Shown here: positions 9,704 through 17,786 of the stretch, piece after piece | Numbering within the stretch: position 1 is the stretch's first letter | Layout: each line of letters starts with the position of its first letter | Assembly (NCBI GenBank): GCA_039683575.1 | Contig: JBDKRC010000054.1 | Location: 1 to 38,377 of the forward strand | Source of the DNA: Armatimonadia bacterium | Lineage (GTDB): Bacteria; Armatimonadota; Zipacnadia; Zipacnadales; UBA11051 | Length of the DNA: 38,377 nt | Direction: 5' to 3' | Made by a program: the position numbers and the translations under genes | The notes under the pieces: model-generated | Seen by the model: the letters and a program-made list of their open reading frames with translations, nothing else | The model's database searches: none | What the model was told of the DNA's origin: nothing

Positions 9704-9976
9704 CTACTTCTTCGGTGCTGCCTTCTTGGGTGCGGCTTTCTTCGGTGCAGCTTTCTTCGGCGCGGCCTTCTTGGGTGCGGCCTTCTTCGGTGCAGCCTTC
9801 TTCGGCGCGGCCTTCTTGGGCGCGGCCTTCTTCGGTGCTGCCTTCTTCGGCTCGGCCTTCTTGGGCGCGGCCTTCTTCGGTGCTGCCTTCTTCGGCTCGG
9901 CCTTCTTGGGCGCAGCCTTCTTCGGTGCTGCCTTCTTTGGTGCTGCTGACGCTGTGCAACCGCAAGTCTTGGCCAT
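9704..9976 (-). CDS. histone H1-like Lys/Ala/Pro-rich repeat protein, 90 aa (MAKTCGCTAS + 16 x A[AE]PKK)
   Basis: ATG 9976 with AAAGGGAG RBS and upstream promoter; synonymous variation among the 15-bp units preserves the peptide repeat. Confidence 0.8.
   Translation of the reverse strand: MAKTCGCTASAAPKKAAPKKAAPKKAEPKKAAPKKAAPKKAEPKKAAPKKAAPKKAAPKKAAPKKAAPKKAAPKKAAPKKAAPKKAAPKK
9707..9946. repeat. 15-bp tandem repeat, 16 units, coding A[AE]PKK
   Basis: Repeating unit like cttcttcggtgcggc/cttcttgggcgcggc visible directly. Confidence 0.95.
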
Positions 9977-10051
9977 CGGAGGTTCGCTCCCTTTCGGAAG
10001 ATTGTGCCGACGTGCGCGGTGAAACTCGCACCTTGCGAAAAGCGTGTCTAG

Positions 10052-10084
10052 GTGTATATACACTTTGGATTCAACGCTTGTCAA
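10052..10084 (-). promoter_or_regulatory. sigma70-like promoter of the histone-like gene with an overlapping palindrome
   Basis: Consensus TTGACA (10084-10079), 18 nt, TATATA; perfect 12-bp palindrome GTGTATATACAC at 10052-10063. Confidence 0.6.
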
Positions 10085-10147
10085 CAGGTTCTACGCGAAT
10101 TGGCATAGCATCATCGAAAGTTTTCGCCAATCAGGTCATATAACATG

Positions 10148-10184
10148 AAAAAAAAGAACCCGCGGCAGGGAGCACGCGGATTCT
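10148..10184 (-). terminator. rho-independent terminator after xylulokinase
   Basis: Minus strand agaatccgcg-tgctccctgc-cgcgggttct followed by a T run. Confidence 0.8.
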
Positions 10185-10214
10185 GTGTGATCATCGCTAA
10201 TGAGATTCGTGGTG

Positions 10215-11741
10215 TCAGGTGAGCTTCGCCAGGGCCTCAAAATCACCCTTCAGATGCGCATAGATTCGCTTATACAAATCGTATAGCTGCTCGTATTTTG
10301 CAGCCGACGAATCATCTGATTTCATTGTATCTTTGACCTTAATCGTCTGACGACAAGCAGTAACCACATCGGGATAGATCTGCGCGCCGACCCCTGCCAA
10401 CAAGGCCGCGCCGAAGGCAGCGCCTTCATCCACATTGATCGTGCTCATCTCGCGACCGGACACGTCCGCCTGAATCTGCCGCCAGACTTTGCTTCGCGCT
10501 CCGCCACCGGACGCACGCACCTGTGGCATGTCCAATCCCAGACCCGCAATGAGATCGAAGGAGTCGCGGAGGCCGAAAGCCACGCCCTCGAGGACCGCGC
10601 GTGCGAGATGGCGCTTTTCATGGCGCAGCGCGAGTCCAAAGAAGACGCCGCGGGCGTACGGATCGGGGTGGGGACAACGCTCGCCGGTGAGATACGGCAG
10701 GAACAAGAGGCCCTCGCTGCCGACCGGCGCCTTCGTGGCCTCGGCTGTGATCAGTTCGTAGGGATCCACTCCAAGCTGAGCCGCGACCTGCTTTTCCTCG
10801 CTGAACATCGTGTCTCGCAACCAGCGCAGTGACCCGCCGGCGGCGAGCATCACGCCCATGACATGCCATTTGCCCGGGACCGCGTGGCAGAAGGTGTGTG
10901 TGCGCAGCTTGTCATCCATTACCGGCTGATCGAGGTAGGCAAACACCACGCCGGAGGTTCCGGTGGTGCAGGACACGGCTCCCGGCTCCACAATCCCGTT
11001 GCCGACCCCTCCCGCGGCCTGATCGCCCCCCCCGCCGACCACTGGCGTGCCCTCTTTCAGGCCGGTCAGCGCGGCGACTGATTTGCTGAGGCCGCCGGTA
11101 ACCTCAGGCGATTCATAGACACGAGGAAACCACTCGTGTGGCAGGCTCAGTTTGTCGAGGATAGTCTTTGACCAGCGGCGCTCGGGGACATTGAACAGGG
11201 CAGTGCCCGAGGCATCCGACACCTCAGTAGCAAAGTCACCTGTCAGCCGGTAGCGAATGTAGTCCTTGGGCAACAGCACCTGGGCAAGGCGCTCGTAGTT
11301 CTGTGGCTCGTGGTCACGCAGCCAGATGATCTTGGGCGCCTGAAAGCCGGTGAGGACCGGGTTGCAGGTTTCGGCGATGATGGTCTTGCGGCCGACCGTG
11401 CCCGTGATGAAGTCGCATTGTGGGGCGGTGCGTTGGTCGTTCCAAAGCAGGGCGCGCCGGATCACCTGGCCGCTGCAGTCGAGGAAGACCGAGCCGTGCA
11501 TCTGCCCGGATAGCCCGATACCGGCGATCTGCTTGCCGGTCAGCCTCGCCTGCGCGAGTACCTGGCGGATCGACTCGACGGTCGCCTGCCACCAGTCCGC
11601 CGGATCCTGCTCTGACCATCCGGGATGTGGTGAGTAGAGCGGGTACTCAACGGTAGCGCGGGCGATGATCTTGCCTTTGTCATTGACAATGATCGTCTTG
11701 GTGCCACTGGTGCCAACATCAATGCCCATCAGGTAAGCCAT
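10215..11741 (-). CDS. xylB: xylulokinase (FGGY family)
   Basis: GIDVGTSGTK, GLSGQMHG, LWNDQRT, LLPKDY, GGGDQAAG, FLPYLTGER; start ATG 11741 after GGAG. Confidence 0.85.
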   Translation of the reverse strand: MAYLMGIDVGTSGTKTIIVNDKGKIIARATVEYPLYSPHPGWSEQDPADWWQATVESIRQVLAQARLTGKQIAGIGLSGQMHGSVFLDCSGQVIRRALLWNDQRTAPQCDFITGTVGRKTIIAETCNPVLTGFQAPKIIWLRDHEPQNYERLAQVLLPKDYIRYRLTGDFATEVSDASGTALFNVPERRWSKTILDKLSLPHEWFPRVYESPEVTGGLSKSVAALTGLKEGTPVVGGGGDQAAGGVGNGIVEPGAVSCTTGTSGVVFAYLDQPVMDDKLRTHTFCHAVPGKWHVMGVMLAAGGSLRWLRDTMFSEEKQVAAQLGVDPYELITAEATKAPVGSEGLLFLPYLTGERCPHPDPYARGVFFGLALRHEKRHLARAVLEGVAFGLRDSFDLIAGLGLDMPQVRASGGGARSKVWRQIQADVSGREMSTINVDEGAAFGAALLAGVGAQIYPDVVTACRQTIKVKDTMKSDDSSAAKYEQLYDLYKRIYAHLKGDFEALAKLT

Positions 11742-11799
11742 GGTGGTTCTCCTGAGGTGGTGCGTGCCCGTGGCCAGCAAGGCGGGCGGTTCTTCCGCG

Positions 11800-11825
11800 G
11801 CGGGCAGGCGGGCCGCCTGCCCCGC
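11800..11825. other. intergenic GC-rich hairpin
   Basis: gcgggcaggcg-ggc-cgcctgccccgc, one bulged base. Confidence 0.45.
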
Positions 11826-11853
11826 TGGGAAGAGAGCGTGCGAGAGCGCGGTA

Positions 11854-12834
11854 CTATAGGTTCAGTTCGCGCGACAGCATCTCCCGCCCCCTGGCATAGC
11901 CCGCATTGCCTGCTTCGCGGTTGGCCTCGCCGCAACCATCCCACCAAACAGAGAGCGATGGGTTGTCGCGGCGGCAGATGCCCTGCGTGTCAGGAACGCG
12001 CTCGAAGATCAGTCGCAGCATTTCCCTCGCGGGCAGACTACTCCCATACCGAAGGCCCAGCACCCGCAACAGGTCCAGGTCACGCTTCTCGTTGGACAGG
12101 CCGCCGGAGCCGGCCACGTTGACGCAGGCGTTCAGGTCGGCCACTCGCTGCGGGCAGGGCGCGCAGATCATCCAATCCGCGCCCTGGGCCATCGTAATCC
12201 TGAGGTCGGGCCGGCGCCGGAGGAGGTCGATGAACTCGACGATGTTGTCCTCGGCCAGCGGCTCATATCGCCCCTCGCGGTTGCCGTAGTTGCAGACCGC
12301 GCACATGATAACGTGCGGGCGGATCAGCAACTCGTCCGCCGCTTCCATCGCTGCGACTGAGGCCGCTTTGTCAGCGGTCATCTGCGCTGGGTCGCGAGGT
12401 TGGATGAGAGCCGCGATTCCCTTCGCCGCGCCGGCTTCGTAGTGCCCGGCATCAGCACGCGGGCAACCCCGCCAGGCAGCAGGGGCATCGCCATGACCAC
12501 AAAGGCCATCCACTGTCGGGATGGCCTTGAGTATGCGGTGAAGCAACGTGCGGGCGGGAAGGATGCTGCCGGGAGCAAGGTCCAACGCCTGCAGGATGTC
12601 CAGGTCGCGCTTGCGGTTGAACTCATCTTCCCCCACATCGTCGGCTGGGCCAGGATCCTGGTAGGCGTAGACGTCATGCGCGTTGCAGACCAGCATCACC
12701 GGCACGTCCGGCTCGTGGCGGATGATCTCCGCCAACGTCTGTGCCGTCTCGCCCTGCGAGCCCGCAAGCTCATGGCCCTGGCGGCAGATCAGGCACAGCA
12801 TCTGGTATGGCCGCACCCGCAGCGCCGGCTTCAT
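11854..12834 (-). CDS. hypothetical Cys-rich protein with two DUF1284-like repeats
   Basis: RPYQMLCLIC and RPHVIMCAVC; D.MICAPCP...C; KRDLD.L..L.L..G in both halves. Confidence 0.7.
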   Translation of the reverse strand: MKPALRVRPYQMLCLICRQGHELAGSQGETAQTLAEIIRHEPDVPVMLVCNAHDVYAYQDPGPADDVGEDEFNRKRDLDILQALDLAPGSILPARTLLHRILKAIPTVDGLCGHGDAPAAWRGCPRADAGHYEAGAAKGIAALIQPRDPAQMTADKAASVAAMEAADELLIRPHVIMCAVCNYGNREGRYEPLAEDNIVEFIDLLRRRPDLRITMAQGADWMICAPCPQRVADLNACVNVAGSGGLSNEKRDLDLLRVLGLRYGSSLPAREMLRLIFERVPDTQGICRRDNPSLSVWWDGCGEANREAGNAGYARGREMLSRELNL

Positions 12835-12837
12835 TCC

Positions 12838-13212
12838 CTACTCCACGCGTTCGATGGTGATGGGCGTTCCACTCCGGACGGCTTTGAAGACCGTGGGGTC
12901 GCCTTCGACCTGGCCGAAAATGCTGACCGGGCTGGCAGGGCGGATCTCGTCCCCACTGCTCATCGGGGTGGGCCCGAAGAAGATGCAGAAGGCCGGCCCT
13001 GGAGGCCAGTAGGCCAAGTCGCCCATGCCGACGGTCGGCTTGAGGTCTTCGCCCTCGGTGTCCACGTCAATGTCGAAATATATCTCGTCGCCCCAGGTCC
13101 GGGCCGTGCTCTTGATCGGGCAGGCTTCCCAGATGAGGTTCGCCATTCCGCTGTCGTTCAAAGTTGCCATTGCCGACACGTCGCCGGCAGTGATCTTGAT
13201 CTGACGTGCCAT
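12838..13212 (-). CDS. cyclophilin-like fold protein (DUF369/TM1367-like)
   Basis: TWGDEIYF, GDLAYWPPG.AFCIFFGPTP, IRPASPV motifs. Confidence 0.85.
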   Translation of the reverse strand: MARQIKITAGDVSAMATLNDSGMANLIWEACPIKSTARTWGDEIYFDIDVDTEGEDLKPTVGMGDLAYWPPGPAFCIFFGPTPMSSGDEIRPASPVSIFGQVEGDPTVFKAVRSGTPITIERVE

Positions 13213-13240
13213 TGCGTCCGCTCCTCCATTGGTAGTGCTT

Positions 13241-13335
13241 ACGGGCGAGACGCCCGTACTACGCGGTGTTCGGTGACGGGCGAGACGCCCGTACTACGCG
13301 GTGTTTGATGACGGGCGAGACGCCCGTACTACGCG
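13241..13335 (-). repeat. three tandem 35-bp units, each with a GTAG-type REP hairpin
   Basis: acgggcgagacgcccgtactacgcg at 13241, 13276, 13311; minus strand reads GTAGT-ACGGGCG-TCT-CGCCCGT. Confidence 0.85.
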
Positions 13336-13342
13336 TGGGTTG

Positions 13343-14173
13343 CTATGATCCGTCTGCCCAGAGTCTGAGGTAGCCGAGGCCGAGTTCGAAGCCTTCCTCG
13401 CGGCCGACCGCCGAGTCTTCATGCTCGATCGAGAGCACGCCGTTGAAGCCGTTGGCCCGCAGCCGCGCGCAGTACACGCCCCAGTCAATGTCGCCGAAGC
13501 CCGGTATGACATAGCGCCACCAGCCGGACTCCTGGTTGCCCAGATAGGACAGCTTGTGCTGCTTGATCTCGACGTCCTTAGCGTGCGTGTGGAAGATGCG
13601 CGAAGCGAACTTCTCGACTGCATACAGGTGGTCAATGCCTTGCCACACGAGGTGGCCGGGATCGAAGTTGAGGCCGAAGTTGTCGGCAGGCACTTCGTTG
13701 AAGATCATGTCCCACTGGCTGAGGCAGCGGATGTTGGTGGCAAACCAGTTCTCCATCGCAATCTTGACGCCTTTGTCCGCCGCCTTCTTGGTGAGCTCGC
13801 GGAAGTACGGCGCGGCTTCCTGGACGATGCACTGCTCGCGTGTCATGCCAGCGGGCGGCAATCCGGCGGTGCAGCACAGGACACCACATTCCAGCTTCTC
13901 GACGGCATTGAGCGCTTTGTCTATGATGTCACGGTTGGCCTCGCGGGTCGCGGCATCACCATTGGTGATGTCTACATATGCCGCAATGCTGGAGATCTCC
14001 AGGTCGGCCTGACTGACAGCGTCCTGCAGCGCCTCGACATCGAGGTTGTCGAGGTCACAGTGCTTGCTCGGCCCGCGGATTTCCAGTGAATCAAAGCCTG
14101 CCTCGGCGGCGAAATTCACGACAGTATCCATGTCATCATTCGAGAACGGCGCGGTCAGCATACCAACTTTCAT
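13343..14173 (-). CDS. sugar phosphate isomerase/epimerase (xylose-isomerase-like TIM barrel)
   Basis: IAMEN, GLNFDPGHL.WQG.D, HTHAKD, WWRY.IPG.GDIDW, LSIEHED; start ATG 14173 after GGAGGG. Confidence 0.88.
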   Translation of the reverse strand: MKVGMLTAPFSNDDMDTVVNFAAEAGFDSLEIRGPSKHCDLDNLDVEALQDAVSQADLEISSIAAYVDITNGDAATREANRDIIDKALNAVEKLECGVLCCTAGLPPAGMTREQCIVQEAAPYFRELTKKAADKGVKIAMENWFATNIRCLSQWDMIFNEVPADNFGLNFDPGHLVWQGIDHLYAVEKFASRIFHTHAKDVEIKQHKLSYLGNQESGWWRYVIPGFGDIDWGVYCARLRANGFNGVLSIEHEDSAVGREEGFELGLGYLRLWADGS

Positions 14174-14175
14174 GG

Positions 14176-15330
14176 TCAGACCCTCCGATGCCGCTCGCAG
14201 GCGGCTGAATAACATCGCACTATCTGTTCAGCAGTGAAACTTACGAGGCGCCGAGCAGTGTCAGCTTCCATTAGTCGCTCTAGCTCCGCAGGCCCGGTGC
14301 AGATCGAGAAGACTGCAGTCAAAAACTCGTGCAGATTCTCGGCCTCGGTTGAGACCGATCCCCCAAAAGCGACTACCGGCACCCCCATTTCCCGCGCCAC
14401 GTCTGCAACGCCCTTGCAGGTCTTGCCGAAGGCCGTCTGGTAGTCGATCCGACCCTCTCCCGTCAGGCACAGGTCGGCCTGCTCCATCTTGGCGCGCAAG
14501 CCTACCGTATCGATGACGATCTTGACCCCCGGCTCGAGGGTGGCTCCGCAGAAGCCGACGAGCCCTGCCCCGAGGCCACCGGCGGCGCCCGCTCCAGGCA
14601 TCTGCGCCACGTCTACGCCGAGGTCACGCTGCGCCACTTCGGCAAACCTCTGCAGGCCCCGGTCAAGCTGCTCGACGATCTCGGGCGTGGCCCCCTTCTG
14701 GGGTCCGTAGACATGCGCGGCACCAGTCGGGCCGTACAGGGGATTGTCCACGTCACACGCGACGCGTATCTGTGCCGCGCGCACTCGGGAATCAAAACCG
14801 CTGAGGTCAATGCTGCTCAGGTTCGCCAGTCCGGCACCGGTTGGCTCGATCTCGTCGCCACCCTCGTCCAGAAGCCGCGCTCCGAGCGCGGCCGCCATGC
14901 CCAGACCAGCCTCAGTGGTGGCGCTGCCACCTATCCCGACAATAAGCTTCCGCGCGCCGGCATCGAGTGCGGCCTTGATGAGCTCCCCGGTGCCGTAGGT
15001 CGTGGTGTTCAGCGGATTACGCAGGTCTGGCGGCACCAACGGCAGCCCGGAGGCGGCAGCCATTTCGATGACTGCCGTCTGCCCGTCGCCGAGGAGGCCG
15101 TAGCTGGCCTCGACCGGCTCTCCCAGCGGGCCGGTGACGGTTGCTGTTACCAGACGCCCGCCAGTGGCGTCTACCAGCGACTGCACGGTCCCCTCTCCCC
15201 CATCGGCCATGGGCACGGTGAGGACCTCGGCCGCCGGGATAGCGCGCAGCGCCCCCTCCCGCGCCGCATCGCAGACCTCCAGAGCAGTCAACGAGCCCTT
15301 GAATGAATCAGGTGCAATGATGATCTTCAT
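14176..15330 (-). CDS. glycerate kinase (GlxK/GarK family)
   Basis: IIIAPDSFKGSL, PMADGGEGT, IEMAAASGL, GPQKGA, GAGAAGGLG, TGEG.ID.QT..GK. Confidence 0.92.
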   Translation of the reverse strand: MKIIIAPDSFKGSLTALEVCDAAREGALRAIPAAEVLTVPMADGGEGTVQSLVDATGGRLVTATVTGPLGEPVEASYGLLGDGQTAVIEMAAASGLPLVPPDLRNPLNTTTYGTGELIKAALDAGARKLIVGIGGSATTEAGLGMAAALGARLLDEGGDEIEPTGAGLANLSSIDLSGFDSRVRAAQIRVACDVDNPLYGPTGAAHVYGPQKGATPEIVEQLDRGLQRFAEVAQRDLGVDVAQMPGAGAAGGLGAGLVGFCGATLEPGVKIVIDTVGLRAKMEQADLCLTGEGRIDYQTAFGKTCKGVADVAREMGVPVVAFGGSVSTEAENLHEFLTAVFSICTGPAELERLMEADTARRLVSFTAEQIVRCYSAACERHRRV

Positions 15331-15351
15331 AGTATCCTGTACAAAAGCGGC

Positions 15352-15415
15352 GGGAGGGGCTGCCTGTCTCGATTTCTGAGCGGACACCCGCCAATCGGGA
15401 CAGGATGCCCCTCCC
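15352..15415 (-). other. long imperfect hairpin just upstream of glycerate kinase
   Basis: gggaggggc/gcccctccc, cctgtc/gacagg and cgatt/aatcg arms pair. Confidence 0.55.
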
Positions 15416-15466
15416 TGTTAGTCGATTGTGGAGCGGGGTACCCGCGCCTCTTAGTCAGAGATGACG

Positions 15467-15495
15467 GCGGGCGGGGTACGAGCCCCCGCCCTACA
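15467..15495 (-). repeat. GTAG-type REP-like hairpin
   Basis: Minus strand reads GTAG-GGCGGGG-gctcgta-CCCCGCCC. Confidence 0.5.
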
Positions 15496-15520
15496 GCCGG
15501 AAATGACGCGGGGTCTTCCC

Positions 15521-16462
15521 CTAGAGCTCGGCCCACGCCTTCCGGAAGGTGCGCTTGGTGTGGGCGATGATCAGTTCGCTGGACTCGTCGCCAACCGGCT
15601 TGACCTCGAAGGTGAAGACCATCTTGCCGGTGGGCACTTCGTTCTGGAAGACGCCAGCGTAGATCAGCGCGGCCAGATAGGCCTTCAGCTCTTCCATGTC
15701 ATTGGAGCCGCCGGGGAAGCCAAAGCGCGGGTGCTGGTCGCCATAGGCTTCGAGGCCTTCATGGGCGACGGCATTGCCGGCGTGCAGGTGGATGATGTAG
15801 GGCGCCAGGGTGGCGACCAGGTCCTGCATGTCCTCGTGGAGGATCGGCACGTGCGACAGGTCGATGGTGATACCGAAGTTACCGACTTCCGCCCGAACGC
15901 GCTCGGCCAGTTCAGCGGTCTCGGCGCTGCTACCGATCAGGCAGCCCTTGTCGACGTGGGTGTCAAACTGCTCGACCGACAGCCACACGAGGTCGTCGCC
16001 ATTGGACTTGCTCTGTGAGTACTTGGCAAGCTCCACGCAGGACTGCACCATCGCGTCCATCATCCGCTTGTTGTCATCGTCATTGTCGGCGCGGGGGCCA
16101 GACAGACAGGCGCAGATGCGGGCGCCCATTTCGTAGCTGGCATCTATGCCGATCTTGACTTCGTCCACGGCGGCCTGGCGGCCATTCACGTCGAGGCTAT
16201 TGAGGCTCAGCTTTTTGCCAAGCAGCAACGGCTGGGCGCCAACACCGATCTTGACGCCCGACTGATCGCAGATGGCCTTGATCTGGGCGTGTACACCCGG
16301 CAGCTTGCTCGGCCGCACTTCGACCACGCCGAAGAAGTCGTCCTCTGCGAGAGCCTTCACTGTGGAGAGGATCAGGTCGGGGTTATCGTCCTTACCTACC
16401 GCCGGGTAGGCCATGAAATGTACCAAGCCCAGGTCCATGGTCTGCAGCCATGATTCCGTCAT
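15521..16462 (-). CDS. TIM-barrel sugar isomerase/epimerase-like protein
   Basis: SVEQFD, TIDLSH, HLHAGN, DQHPRFG, FEVKP metal-ligand pattern; ATG 16462 after AGGAG. Confidence 0.8.
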   Translation of the reverse strand: MTESWLQTMDLGLVHFMAYPAVGKDDNPDLILSTVKALAEDDFFGVVEVRPSKLPGVHAQIKAICDQSGVKIGVGAQPLLLGKKLSLNSLDVNGRQAAVDEVKIGIDASYEMGARICACLSGPRADNDDDNKRMMDAMVQSCVELAKYSQSKSNGDDLVWLSVEQFDTHVDKGCLIGSSAETAELAERVRAEVGNFGITIDLSHVPILHEDMQDLVATLAPYIIHLHAGNAVAHEGLEAYGDQHPRFGFPGGSNDMEELKAYLAALIYAGVFQNEVPTGKMVFTFEVKPVGDESSELIIAHTKRTFRKAWAEL

Positions 16463-16751
16463 AGCAAATTCACTCCTTTGGGATCCCACCCCTGCCTGCC
16501 ACCGCGGGGCCAGAATCAGCCTGACCACTAACCGTCGGTTCGCTCATGCGGGGGGTTATTGCCTGTATCTGGACTCATTCCGCACCTGTAAACCTCAAAC
16601 CTTCCCCGAACCAAGGATTTTGTTCAAGGGAGGCACAGCCACTGCGAGTGTGGAAATGTGCCCACTGAACTGCCCTGGCAGGCTGTCACGACGCTATCGG
16701 TAACAGGGCAGCGCGTGCTCCGCGTACACTGAAGGGACTGAACCGGCACAT

Positions 16752-17738
16752 ATGTTTGACGTCATCTGCATCGGCAGCGCCACCCAGGATGTCTTCGTCT
16801 CCTCGGATCAGACGCACCTGATCCGCATCGAGCACTACGAGCGGGAGGAGGCATACCTGGCCTATGAATATGGCGCGAAGGTGGCCGTGGATCACCTGTT
16901 CATCTCTACCGGAGGCGGCGCTACCAACACCGCTATCGCCTTCGCAAAGCTCGGGCTGCACGCTGCCGCCATCTGCGAGGTGGGCCAGGACGACGCCGGC
17001 AACATGATCGAGCGGTCACTCCGCGAGAGCGGAGTTGAAACGCGGATGATGACCCGGAACCCGCAGATGGCTACGGGGTATTCGGTCATCCTTACCGGGC
17101 CGACCGGGGACCGCACAGTGCTTGTACACCGCGGCGCTTCCTGCACGCTGTCCCACGACGACATAAACTGGGACCTGTTGCGTCAGACGAAGCGGGTCTA
17201 CTTGAGTTCTCTGAGCGGCTCAAGTGCCGCCCTCTGGAATGACGTAGCCGCTGTCGCCGCGACCAATGATCTGAAACTGGCTATCAACCCTGGCGGCGAG
17301 CAAGTCAAACTTGGCCTGTCCGGTCTGCGAGACGTACTCGCGGCGACGGACGTCATTTTCGTAAACAAAACGGAGGCATACCGGCTCACCGGGATGCAAG
17401 AGGACCGAGGCGACGGGGATGAGAAGCAGGCCATGCAGGCGCTATATGATGCGGGATGCAAGACTGTGGTGATGACCATGGGGTCGGACGGGGCTCGGGG
17501 CTACGATGGCGCGGAGCACCACTATCTGCCAGCACCAGCGGTGAAGGTCGTATCAAACCTGGGCGCGGGCGATGCCTTCGCGTCGGGTTGCCTGGCCGCT
17601 CTGCACCGTGGGCTGCCAATGCGCGAGGCGCTGAAGGCAGGCACAGTGAACTCCGGCTCCGTGGTCACTTCGATGGGAGCAACGCGGGGGCTGTTGGACT
17701 GGGCGGGGGTTGAGGCCGAACTGACGGCTGGGAAATGA
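16752..17738 (+). CDS. PfkB-family carbohydrate kinase
   Basis: IGSATQD, GGGATN.A, VGQDDAG, FVNKTEA, GAGDAFASG. Confidence 0.9.
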   Translation: MFDVICIGSATQDVFVSSDQTHLIRIEHYEREEAYLAYEYGAKVAVDHLFISTGGGATNTAIAFAKLGLHAAAICEVGQDDAGNMIERSLRESGVETRMMTRNPQMATGYSVILTGPTGDRTVLVHRGASCTLSHDDINWDLLRQTKRVYLSSLSGSSAALWNDVAAVAATNDLKLAINPGGEQVKLGLSGLRDVLAATDVIFVNKTEAYRLTGMQEDRGDGDEKQAMQALYDAGCKTVVMTMGSDGARGYDGAEHHYLPAPAVKVVSNLGAGDAFASGCLAALHRGLPMREALKAGTVNSGSVVTSMGATRGLLDWAGVEAELTAGK

Positions 17739-17746
17739 TAAGGGCT

Positions 17747-17771
17747 GTAGGGGGCTTTGCAGGCCCCCTAC
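17747..17771. terminator. hairpin between convergent pfkB and obgE
   Basis: gtagggggc-tttgcag-gccccctac; no clear T tail. Confidence 0.5.
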
Positions 17772-17786
17772 TGCTGACCCTAGCTT

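Noticed and set aside
9345-10143. Alternative-frame repeat ORFs (GAAFF, PSSARPSW, EEGRAQ, LLRC types)
   Set aside because: Shadow translations of the 15-bp repeat; only the AAPKK frame has an RBS and promoter and absorbs the variation mostly synonymously
13241-13335. Possible mini CRISPR array
   Set aside because: Intervening segments are only about 10 nt and nearly identical, the period is 35 bp, and no cas genes are present; it fits a REP-type tandem repeat
16463-16751. Riboswitch or ncRNA in the divergent region before pfkB
   Set aside because: Only short stems such as ctgccctg/cagggcag are present; no recognisable aptamer consensus
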